Of a stretch of DNA of 61,959 bases, positions 9,512-16,958 are shown piece after piece. How positions within the stretch are numbered: position 1 is the stretch's first letter; every line of letters starts with the position of its first letter. Source of the DNA: a virus (taxonomy: Duplodnaviria > Caudoviricetes). The stretch is taken from positions 1 to 61,959 of the IMG/VR virus record IMGVR_UViG_3300017716_002569. The stretch is one strand, 5' to 3'. The notes below the pieces were generated by a model. The model saw only the letters and a program-made list of their open reading frames with translations, was not told where the DNA came from and ran no database searches. Position numbers and translations under genes: made by a program.

Positions 9512-9823
9512 TTATAGGTTAATTAAAGTTAGTGCAACAAAGTTCAAATCGTTTAGGCAGTTGTCAACCCTTTCAGATATGTAGAGGTTGTATTTAGAGC
9601 ATCCTAGCTTCTTTCTAGTGGCTAAATAGCACTCTTCAGCATCTTTTATCAATACCCATTTACGAAGTGAATTAGACCACTTGTAAAGGTTATTTTCCAG
9701 AGTTAGCATAAACCTCTCCCCGTGTTCATTCTTGACGTAGAACTTCACCATTTTGTCCTTTAGTTCTTCGGCCAAAATAGTCACGGGTACTCCGTTTGGT
9801 AATATATATCCTTTTCCTTTCAT
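9512..9823 (-). CDS. hypothetical protein
   Basis: 103-aa ORF starting 18 nt after the predicted twister cleavage site. Confidence 0.6.
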   Translation of the reverse strand: MKGKGYILPNGVPVTILAEELKDKMVKFYVKNEHGERFMLTLENNLYKWSNSLRKWVLIKDAEECYLATRKKLGCSKYNLYISERVDNCLNDLNFVALTLINL

Positions 9824-9827
9824 GCTT

Positions 9828-9892
9828 TTAGCAGTTAGTTTACAGCCCGTGGGCTGTCCTCACTATTTATCCTGACTTGGAACAGGTGCTAA
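9828..9892 (-). ncRNA. twister ribozyme, type P3 (A)
   Basis: TTAGCA|CCTG TTCC AAGT CAGG|ATAAA|TAGT|GAGGA|CAGCC CACG GGCTG|T^AA|ACTA|AC|TGCTAA. P1-P4 all pair; pseudoknots TCC:GGA and AC:GT; predicted cut 9842/9841. Confidence 0.9.
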
Positions 9893-10291
9893 TATGTGCT
9901 CATTAATAAATTGAACTATTAAATCACAAGTCATTTCTGTTTTTTTAGATAAATCGCCACAGACCAATGATATTATTGGTTTATCCTCTTCCAATACCCT
10001 ATAAATTTGGTAGCTTATGCCTTTTATTGCTACCACATACCCCTGCTCTTCAATTCTCCTAATAACTGGTATCAAATAGTTAAAATCGGTATCAAATGGG
10101 TACTTCACAGCGTTTGTAAATCTACCCGTAAATGTAAGGGCTAATCCATTCCAAAGGTGAGCTAGTTCTCCTATTGTTTTGGCGTATTTATTGCCATTGT
10201 AAATAGGGTTAAAAACATCGTGTTGGTAGTCTATAACTTCATAACCCATAAACTTTGCAATGGTCTGTGTAATTAACAAATCTTTTTCCAT
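9863..10291 (-). CDS. hypothetical phage protein
   Basis: ATG at 10291; 'IAKFMGY...FDTDFNYLIPVIRRIE' pattern; 3' end overlaps twister A. Confidence 0.6.
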   Translation of the reverse strand: MEKDLLITQTIAKFMGYEVIDYQHDVFNPIYNGNKYAKTIGELAHLWNGLALTFTGRFTNAVKYPFDTDFNYLIPVIRRIEEQGYVVAIKGISYQIYRVLEEDKPIISLVCGDLSKKTEMTCDLIVQFINEHILAPVPSQDK

Positions 10292-10295
10292 GATA

Positions 10296-11066
10296 TTATA
10301 TATTATTGGTTTGACAAAATGTATCAAAATAAGCCTCTTCTTGTGCTTCTATCATGCCAAGGGCTGCATCAGGTTCTTGCGTAAATTTACAGGTGGTTTC
10401 TGAGGTCATGGAATAGCATTTTTTAAGGTCATAGTTGTAAAGCATTTCTTCTTCTTTCATTATCCTAACTCCCGTTTCTGCGCATTTGCTGTTAAAAATT
10501 GCCTTAATGACTTTCTGTTTATGGTCAGCGGTGGGAATTTGGCTTCCTGGTGCTGGGGTAAAACTGCTCTTTGCAGGCACATCAAACTCAATTTTGTAAA
10601 AGTCCTCTATTAATCCACAGCTCACATTAGGATTGTCAACGATTCTAAAATTATGTGCACCTTTTGGGAATGATTGATTAACTAGGATTCTGTAAAGCAC
10701 TTCGCTTTTTTCGTGGTGTCTGTTCCATTTTTCAGGCTCTTGATAGCTCCAATTAGTAAGCATTTGCTGCCTTGCTTCCTCGTCAATCAATCTGTGGCAA
10801 AACAAATGTTTAGTTTGTGGCAACCCTTCAATTCTGTTGGTTAGCTCGTACATATCAATCATGCCATTGAAAGAGCCGTATTGATACTTATTTGTAATCG
10901 CTGCCACTTCTTTGGTGGTTGCCCCTAGTGTCCATTCAACATCCACAGAATCACCTCCTGAATAGTTTTTAGAGGTTATTCTAAATGTAATGTCGGGGAA
11001 CTTTGTTTTTAGCTCAACCCTAATTGCTTGTGCGCATTGCGCAACTCTCGAAAGTTGTTTTTTCAT
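10296..11066 (-). CDS. LPD29 (large polyvalent protein-associated domain 29) protein
   Basis: 'AQAIRVELKTKFP...YSGGDSVDVEW...KYQYGSFNGMIDMY'; ATG at 11066 preceded by ACACGAC. Confidence 0.75.
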   Translation of the reverse strand: MKKQLSRVAQCAQAIRVELKTKFPDITFRITSKNYSGGDSVDVEWTLGATTKEVAAITNKYQYGSFNGMIDMYELTNRIEGLPQTKHLFCHRLIDEEARQQMLTNWSYQEPEKWNRHHEKSEVLYRILVNQSFPKGAHNFRIVDNPNVSCGLIEDFYKIEFDVPAKSSFTPAPGSQIPTADHKQKVIKAIFNSKCAETGVRIMKEEEMLYNYDLKKCYSMTSETTCKFTQEPDAALGMIEAQEEAYFDTFCQTNNI

Positions 11067-11073
11067 TGTCGTG

Positions 11074-11307
11074 TTACTTGGTTTTATAGTTTGTGATAGC
11101 TTGATTGAATAATTCCTTTGCATCTGTACCTTCTGAATGGCGTAACCTGATTTCATACTTGTACTTTGTGTCGGGATGCCATACTAAGGTTTCATCCTTT
11201 GCCATGTTTAGATTAACGAAGTATTTTACGCTAAAATCTTCGTGTGAGGCATCAAATAATGATTCCATTATTTCACCTTCTACTACTTTTTTAAATGTTG
11301 TTTCCAT
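11074..11307 (-). CDS. hypothetical protein
   Basis: 77-aa ORF starting 16 nt after the predicted hammerhead cleavage site. Confidence 0.6.
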   Translation of the reverse strand: METTFKKVVEGEIMESLFDASHEDFSVKYFVNLNMAKDETLVWHPDTKYKYEIRLRHSEGTDAKELFNQAITNYKTK

Positions 11308-11317
11308 GTCGTATTTT

Positions 11318-11371
11318 GATTAAGACCACCCTTGCGGATGGTTTCGGCTATTTAAGCCTCGTCAGTTAATC
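11318..11371 (-). ncRNA. hammerhead ribozyme, type I (HH1)
   Basis: GATTAA|CTGACGA|GGCT TAAAT AGCC|GAAA|CCATCC GCAA GGGTGG|TC^|TTAATC. Complete catalytic core, GUC site; predicted cut 11324/11323. Confidence 0.95.
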
Positions 11372-12073
11372 TTCTATTTCAATCAGGATTCCACCATTTA
11401 CTACAAATTCATAGTCTAAATCTGCCCATTCAGTATAATAGCTATTGCACCCCTCGTCACCTCCTTCTTTTTCGTACAAGTCATTGAAATCTTTATATCC
11501 TAGTGTCCGTGCGTGTTGGTCGGCTAACTCTTGGGTGCTTGCGTATGTTCCATCACTATCAAAATACCATCCTTCATCCATGCCGTTATCAGTAAATGAA
11601 CATTTACGCATGAACTTTTCACCTTCTTTGCCTTTTACAAATCTGTGGGCTGTGTAAAACTCTTCCAATGTATCAAACCAATCCGCAGTTTCTCCCCAAA
11701 TTTCATCCTCATATTTTGCAGTGAATTTAGTTGTAAGGTCATAGGCAAGCTCCCACGCTCCACCCATGCCCATTTGTTGATGTCTTAGGTGCGCTATTGA
11801 TTCCTCATTTTCCCTATCAATATCATCCTGAACGAATGATATAATTTCGTGGTGAGTTTCTGCCCATTCACGTTCCACGGGAACACGGCCAACTTCAATT
11901 CCAAACTCTGCGCCATCCTCTTGGGCGGCTGTGAGGTCTTCATATTCCTCAATCAATGATTCTGAACCATCAGGATGTAGGCGGTAAACCTCAAAGCATC
12001 CAGATACGAATACTTCCTTTGCTTTCTCGGTAACAATTAACCAAGTAAAGCCTTTTGTTGTTTTTGTGTTCAT
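11366..12073 (-). CDS. hypothetical acidic protein
   Basis: 235-aa, very D/E-rich; its stop codon lies in stem I of HH1. Confidence 0.65.
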   Translation of the reverse strand: MNTKTTKGFTWLIVTEKAKEVFVSGCFEVYRLHPDGSESLIEEYEDLTAAQEDGAEFGIEVGRVPVEREWAETHHEIISFVQDDIDRENEESIAHLRHQQMGMGGAWELAYDLTTKFTAKYEDEIWGETADWFDTLEEFYTAHRFVKGKEGEKFMRKCSFTDNGMDEGWYFDSDGTYASTQELADQHARTLGYKDFNDLYEKEGGDEGCNSYYTEWADLDYEFVVNGGILIEIED

Positions 12074-12489
12074 TATTCTGCAATTAGTTGTTTAAGTAAA
12101 TTAAGGTCAATTTCAGCCCAAAACTCGTCATTGGTGTGCTCGCCATAGCATTGGATGGTTACACCTTCATGTGAGAAGAATTTAGTGGTATAAGAGCGTA
12201 ATTTGTTTTCGGGCATGTTATCAAGTTCACTATCTTCTAAATCTACCAAATGAGCCCCATTAGTATTAAATTCGTTTTCATCTTCCATTCTGTCAGTGTT
12301 TATGAATGTTGGCGATGAATCTAATGTTTGGATGCAAAACAAAGAATGTTCTGCAATAATTGGGGCAAACTTAGCTTGCTCTTCAACTATCCTTTTACAT
12401 TTTTCAATTGGAATGAATAGCGCATCTACGCTATCAAAATCGCTGTTTGTTCTTGCAGGGAATAATATTCCCTTGTTTGTTGTACTCAT
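12073..12489 (-). CDS. hypothetical acidic protein
   Basis: 138-aa ORF with ACACGAC leader, downstream of twister B. Confidence 0.65.
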   Translation of the reverse strand: MSTTNKGILFPARTNSDFDSVDALFIPIEKCKRIVEEQAKFAPIIAEHSLFCIQTLDSSPTFINTDRMEDENEFNTNGAHLVDLEDSELDNMPENKLRSYTTKFFSHEGVTIQCYGEHTNDEFWAEIDLNLLKQLIAE

Positions 12490-12508
12490 TTTGTCGTGTA
12501 TTATTTAT

Positions 12509-12576
12509 TTAGTGTGTTTGTTTACGGGCATTTCTGCCCGTGCTCACAATTTAGGGGACTTGCAACCCTACACTAA
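12509..12576 (-). ncRNA. twister ribozyme, type P3 (B)
   Basis: TTAGTGT|AGGG TTGC AAGT C CCCT|AAA|TTGT|GAGCA|CGGGCA GAAA TGCCCG|T^AA|ACAA|AC|ACACTAA. Pseudoknots TGC:GCA and AC:GT; predicted cut 12524/12523. Confidence 0.9.
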
Positions 12577-13311
12577 TTGTTTGAGTACCATTATTTGTTT
12601 GATTACATTAAAAAATTGAGGGCTATTAAAAAACTCATTTATATCAGTAAATTGATTAGGTTTAAGTGTTTTTATATTGTGGGTTTTGTTGGTATAAACA
12701 GATACCTCTTCAAGCAATTCGTAATAGCCTTCTTTAAAGTAAAACATTACTATATCATCTAGTTGAATATTCCATGATGTATCTGTATTAAATTTCGGAT
12801 TTATTGTTACACGGAACATTGGCAAATCCTTTTTTAACAAGTCCAAATCAGCATACAATTTTGCTTTAAGATTGGCAGCATGTTGTTGTCTTTTTTGTTC
12901 TGCTGTGGCATCCCTTTCTACTTCAATTTTGATTTTATCCAATAGACTGGGTTTTTTCGGCTCTAATAGGTCTATCCTATGAATAACATATTGCACGGCC
13001 TCAGATGGCACGGAATTAAGCATATACTCCGTAGCTTCTTCATCCGATTCCATTTCATCAAAGAAAGATGCAAATAATAGGTTTGTGAGTGTTGGTGTTT
13101 CTTCAACGCTTCTAGCAAGTAAATCCAATACTTCCATAAATGCCTCTCTGTGGGCTGATGCAAGTATTACCCAATCATTGTTTTGTCTTCTTATCCTCCC
13201 ATTTGGATAGTAAATAGGGCCTGAACCCGTTTGTTCCCAATAGTAATTTTGTGGGTTGTCAATGCCTGATGCATCAAAAGGCAAATGTTTGATTTCTTCA
13301 AATTTTTTCAT
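12568..13311 (-). CDS. hypothetical protein
   Basis: 247-aa ORF flanked by twisters C and B; ACACGAC leader. Confidence 0.65.
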   Translation of the reverse strand: MKKFEEIKHLPFDASGIDNPQNYYWEQTGSGPIYYPNGRIRRQNNDWVILASAHREAFMEVLDLLARSVEETPTLTNLLFASFFDEMESDEEATEYMLNSVPSEAVQYVIHRIDLLEPKKPSLLDKIKIEVERDATAEQKRQQHAANLKAKLYADLDLLKKDLPMFRVTINPKFNTDTSWNIQLDDIVMFYFKEGYYELLEEVSVYTNKTHNIKTLKPNQFTDINEFFNSPQFFNVIKQIMVLKQLV

Positions 13312-13319
13312 GTTGTCGT

Positions 13320-13390
13320 GTTGTTAGTTAGTTTATAGGGCATTGCTGCCCTATCATCACTATTTGTGCGGACTTTGAACCGCTAACCAC
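13320..13390 (-). ncRNA. twister ribozyme, type P3 (C)
   Basis: GTGGTTA|GCGG TTCA AAGT CCGC|ACAAA|TAGT|GATGA|TAGGGCA GCAA TGCCCTA|T^AA|ACTA|AC|TAACAAC. Pseudoknots TCA:TGA and AC:GT; predicted cut 13335/13334. Confidence 0.88.
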
Positions 13391-13930
13391 TTATATTAAA
13401 CCTTCGTCAGCGAATGAGAAGAATGAACCGTTGGCAATTATTACATGGTCTATTAGCGCAATATCTAAAAACTTTGCTGCCGATTTAATTGTGTCCGTAA
13501 TTACTTTATCTTGAATTGAAGGGTTAAGATTTCCGCTTGGGTGGTTATGGCACAAAACTATACCGCTAGCAATATGTTTTAAAGCGTGATGAAATAATAA
13601 TTTGCTATCTACTACGCAACCACTAACACCGCCTACAGATAGCCTAATTTGCTTTATTACACCATTATTGCGATTAAGTAATAATAGCCAAAATTCTTCG
13701 TTTGGTAAATCCTGCAAAAATGAAAACTGTTCATAAATATGCGATGAACAAGTAATTTTTTTCTTTGCCATTCTGTTGTGCCTTGCAGCTAAATTTAAAA
13801 CTGCTTGGTACCAATCAGATTCCAAAAAATTATCATCTTTTTTATAGCCAATAAACTTGGCTATATCTTTATCAGACAAAGCATTTAAACCTAATACTGC
13901 TGCCATTTCTCGTACATTGTTAGTTGTCAT
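13391..13930 (-). CDS. radC: RadC family JAB/MPN-domain protein
   Basis: 'EEFWLLLLNRNN', 'HNHPSGNLNPSIQD', 'LIDHVII' and 'SFADEGLI' motifs; ATG at 13930. Confidence 0.9.
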   Translation of the reverse strand: MTTNNVREMAAVLGLNALSDKDIAKFIGYKKDDNFLESDWYQAVLNLAARHNRMAKKKITCSSHIYEQFSFLQDLPNEEFWLLLLNRNNGVIKQIRLSVGGVSGCVVDSKLLFHHALKHIASGIVLCHNHPSGNLNPSIQDKVITDTIKSAAKFLDIALIDHVIIANGSFFSFADEGLI

Positions 13931-13934
13931 GATA

Positions 13935-14120
13935 TTAGTTTTTATTGAATTGAGAAATAAAAAGCCACAGAATAGAAACGGCAGCACCAACAAGGGCGCA
14001 AATAAGGGATTGCATGATAATCGGGTGTTTAGATGATAGCTCTACAAATATGAGAAGGAAGAATCCAGAAATGCCTGAAATAAGGCCAACACGCATAAAG
14101 AACCAATTGTGCTTTTTCAT
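13935..14120 (-). CDS. small two-TM membrane protein
   Basis: ATG at 14120 overlaps the upstream stop; two hydrophobic segments. Confidence 0.55.
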   Translation of the reverse strand: MKKHNWFFMRVGLISGISGFFLLIFVELSSKHPIIMQSLICALVGAAVSILWLFISQFNKN

Positions 14121-14593
14121 TATACTAAACCCTCCTTCCTTAGTGCTTCCATTTCTTCTGCGGATAAAATAACCCAATTAGTATAATCTGTGGCCTTGTA
14201 TAGTAATTCATGTGATTTATCGTATTCATTGTGCTCGTATATCTCATATATACAGCAGCTATCTTCATCCATTGCATTAATACAATCAGCTAAACTAAAA
14301 TACTCTTGATCATCTGTAAATGACTTATAAATTTGATATGCGTCATCATGCATAAATAAATAACATGTCACAGAATCAACGGGCTTTTCCATTGCTGCAA
14401 TCTCTGCAACCTTATCAGCCCATTGTATATAGCTGTTAGCAGAAATAAGGGGGTTAGACCATTCCTTTGGATTTTCGGTTGCTCCTTCTTTGGTCATGGC
14501 TGCAATAGCTTGGATGCGTTCCCATAGGATAGCATTAGACACGGGGTTTGTAAATGCCCGTAATAGTTCAATTACTCGATTTTCGTTTGTCAT
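14120..14593 (-). CDS. hypothetical protein
   Basis: 157-aa ORF with ACACGAC leader, downstream of HH2. Confidence 0.65.
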   Translation of the reverse strand: MTNENRVIELLRAFTNPVSNAILWERIQAIAAMTKEGATENPKEWSNPLISANSYIQWADKVAEIAAMEKPVDSVTCYLFMHDDAYQIYKSFTDDQEYFSLADCINAMDEDSCCIYEIYEHNEYDKSHELLYKATDYTNWVILSAEEMEALRKEGLV

Positions 14594-14609
14594 TGTCGTG
14601 TTTTTAATT

Positions 14610-14665
14610 GGTTAATACAGCCATGTTTCAGGCTGTTTCAAGCATTTAGCTATCGTCAGTTAACC
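14610..14665 (-). ncRNA. hammerhead ribozyme, type I (HH2)
   Basis: GGTTAA|CTGACGA|TAGC TAAAT GCTT|GAAA|CAGCC TGAAACAT GGCTG|TA^|TTAACC. Full core, GUA site; U.U at the base of stem II; predicted cut 14616/14615. Confidence 0.85.
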
Positions 14666-14856
14666 TTTCTAGCTTTAGCGTTTTTTCTAACGCTGTTAGA
14701 TTCATATATCTTTCTAACCTCTGTTATTGAATGGATGGATTTTCTAATAGCTTCCCAATCAATAAGATTTTCATAATCATAAAACTCTGCACACTCATTG
14801 TCAAGCATTGTTTGAAGTGCTTTTTCTGAATTTCTTAAAATTGTTAGTGTTGTCAT
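14656..14856 (-). CDS. hypothetical protein
   Basis: 66-aa ORF; its TGA stop is the UGA of the hammerhead CUGA core. Confidence 0.55.
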   Translation of the reverse strand: MTTLTILRNSEKALQTMLDNECAEFYDYENLIDWEAIRKSIHSITEVRKIYESNSVRKNAKARKVN

Positions 14857-14857
14857 G

Positions 14858-15070
14858 CTATTTAATATTAATGGTTGATTGTAATTCGATACATTCAGGC
14901 TGTTTGTAGCCCCTTTGATTCCATACCTTGTGGGCTAAATCTTTTGCCCTTGCATGGTTTGCCTTATTCAATATAATAGATACCTTGTGTTTGGCTATTA
15001 TCTCGCTGCCCTCTGCCCATCCACTACCAAGTGACCATATAACGCCACAGAATAAATATTTTGTTCTCAT
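14858..15070 (-). CDS. hypothetical protein
   Basis: 70-aa ORF, translationally coupled. Confidence 0.55.
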   Translation of the reverse strand: MRTKYLFCGVIWSLGSGWAEGSEIIAKHKVSIILNKANHARAKDLAHKVWNQRGYKQPECIELQSTINIK

Positions 15071-15273
15071 AGCATGTATTGACCTTTACGGAAGTTAGAG
15101 AGGGAGAGACCATAAATAGCAAGGATGCTAACAGAATGGTGCGAAGTGCTTTTTTTGCCAATCTTAAACGGGTTGTTTTTTTTATAACCCAATTGGAACA
15201 TAATGCAGTTGATTTGAGCGTTTTGCTCAATCTTTACAGCACCTTTGAAGATTGTTATTGTCTTGACGTTCAT
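15067..15273 (-). CDS. hypothetical protein
   Basis: 68-aa ORF with ATGA overlap to the next gene. Confidence 0.5.
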   Translation of the reverse strand: MNVKTITIFKGAVKIEQNAQINCIMFQLGYKKNNPFKIGKKSTSHHSVSILAIYGLSLSNFRKGQYML

Positions 15274-15274
15274 A

Positions 15275-15553
15275 TTATGCTAAATCGGCCCTCCTAACCT
15301 CATTAAAAAACAATTGTTGCTGTCTAGAAGCCCTATATTTGGCTTCTTGTAGGTCTTTTGCTGCTTTCATTTCTTGAATAGCCACATTAAGTTTTTTCTT
15401 CCTATTTTCCTCAGAAAATTTAACAATTACAGCAATTTGCTCATCTGTAGCAATATTATTGCCTTTTTTTTCAGATTTCAATGTACCTAAAACTACCCTA
15501 TTACCTAGGGGTTTGAAGGGCTTTACCCTTGTTTTTTTGCTTGATTTTGCCAT
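15275..15553 (-). CDS. hypothetical basic protein, first gene of the ribozyme operon
   Basis: 92-aa K/R-rich ORF with ACACGAC leader and an upstream promoter. Confidence 0.6.
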   Translation of the reverse strand: MAKSSKKTRVKPFKPLGNRVVLGTLKSEKKGNNIATDEQIAVIVKFSEENRKKKLNVAIQEMKAAKDLQEAKYRASRQQQLFFNEVRRADLA

Positions 15554-15577
15554 TTTTTTGTCGTGTTAAAAGACAAA

Positions 15578-15610
15578 CAAAGCTATATATTAAAAACATA
15601 ATATCAACAA
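15578..15610 (-). promoter_or_regulatory. Bacteroidota sigma-A-type promoter for the leftward operon
   Basis: -7 box TAGCTTTG (15585-15578) matches TAnnTTTG; TTG-rich -33 region upstream. Confidence 0.65.
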
Positions 15611-15658
15611 CAAAAACAAAAACAAAATAAAATAAATGGTTAGTTTGCTGTAATACAG

Positions 15659-16198
15659 CTATTTATACAAATGAAAATCTTTGTTAATTTCTGCCCAAAG
15701 TATATCCCCGTGTGTCATTTCATAGGCTGTTATGCTTGCCTTATATTCACGGGCAAATGAATGAACAAGTTTTTTGCCTTCATCAGTTAATTGATAACAG
15801 CGCAAACGCTTACCCGTGCTGGGGCTGCTCACTTGTTGAGAGTATAAAATGCCACGGGTTTTAAGCAACCGAAGAACGGAGAAGAGACGAGAAGTAGGAG
15901 AACCAAATATAAGGGGCATCTTAGAGGGATGGAAATAGCGTTCCTCCCCGTCTGTCTTACTAAGGATGTAGATATAAACAACTAATTGGTATGTTCTATG
16001 CGTTAGCTTGTGCTTTTTCAGGAATTTAACAATAAAATTAGCATAAAAGAACACGTTTGCTGCGTGAAATGTGCCCAAAATATAAAGTTCTTCTCCTAAT
16101 TCCCTTTTCAATGTTGCTTTTATGGCTGCCCTATTATCTGCGCCTACATAGCGTTTACGAATCTTAAAGCCTCCATTACCCGTTGGATTGTTATTCAT
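15659..16198 (-). CDS. winged-helix (MarR-like) DNA-binding protein
   Basis: 'RLFSVLRLLKTRGIL...YQLTDEGKKL' wing motif; ATG at 16198. Confidence 0.65.
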   Translation of the reverse strand: MNNNPTGNGGFKIRKRYVGADNRAAIKATLKRELGEELYILGTFHAANVFFYANFIVKFLKKHKLTHRTYQLVVYIYILSKTDGEERYFHPSKMPLIFGSPTSRLFSVLRLLKTRGILYSQQVSSPSTGKRLRCYQLTDEGKKLVHSFAREYKASITAYEMTHGDILWAEINKDFHLYK

Positions 16199-16561
16199 GG
16201 CCACAAACCTATCGAAAACATGCCACAGATACAAATAGGGCAGCAAGAGGAAGAACACAAGGAGAGAGAAAACACACCAAGAGAACAAACACGCTTTTTT
16301 TTGCCCTTTTTTTTTGATATTTAATTATGACCTCACATTTTTACACCTTTTCATGAAATCATTTGGTTGCACATTACTGTTCTGACCTAGCACTTTTCAA
16401 CCCTTTTAATTGTTGATGGCGATTAGTCACTTTTTATACAAATTGGCACATGTTGCAGCCCCAAATTTTGCCGTTTTCGGTCTGTTTCACTCAAACACAC
16501 GTTTAACTCAATTCCAAAGGTACAATCTATCCACCCATGTTGAGATAATGCCTTAAATGTG

Positions 16562-16589
16562 CCTTAAAACGTGTCACATTATGTTAAAT
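16562..16589 (+). other. second, degenerate dif-like site (perfect XerD arm)
   Basis: CCTTAAAACGT-GTCACA-TTATGTTAAAT. Confidence 0.45.
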
Positions 16590-16679
16590 AGGCTCTAAAA
16601 TTGTCAAAAATGGCTAAAATTGGTCACATCAGAGTAAACCCAAGTAAACATAAACAATGGTAAAAAATAGGTCGATTTT

Positions 16680-16707
16680 TTGTCCGATAATTAACATTAT
16701 GTTAAAT
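16680..16707 (+). other. dif-like XerC/XerD recombination site
   Basis: TTGTCCGATAA-TTAACA-TTATGTTAAAT; 11-6-11 architecture with the canonical XerD arm. Confidence 0.8.
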
Positions 16708-16891
16708 AGACCCAAAATGAGGTGTGAATATATGGCCTCTCCCCTACCCTATCGAATGGCAATGGGGTGGGTTCGCAAAAATCAAATCGGCCTAGCTGGC
16801 ACGGGGCGTCGCACAATATACTAACCACCTTAACAAGTTTTTGTAGGGAAATAGGGTAAAAGTGGTAATGTGGAAATTGGTGTGGATAAAA

Positions 16892-16955
16892 TGTTTCATA
16901 AATGAGATACAGGTACCGATAAAACACTTACATTTGTTTCACATTTGAACGAAAC
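16892..16955 (+). promoter_or_regulatory. rightward promoter flanked by two candidate operator sites
   Basis: -7 box TACATTTG 16929-16936; TGTTTCA-N4-TGA repeats at 16892 and 16935. Confidence 0.55.
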
Positions 16956-16958
16956 GAT

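Noticed and set aside
9828-14665. Intergenic hairpins read as simple terminators, integron attC sites or CRISPR repeats
   Set aside because: They lack U-tracts, are not sequence repeats, and are fully explained as ribozyme stems.
15601-15640. CAAAAA/AAAAT short repeats
   Set aside because: Low-complexity AT-rich sequence upstream of a promoter; no array structure.
16697-16927. 76-aa minus-strand ORF in the control region
   Set aside because: It overlaps the dif site and promoter/operators and has no protein-like features.
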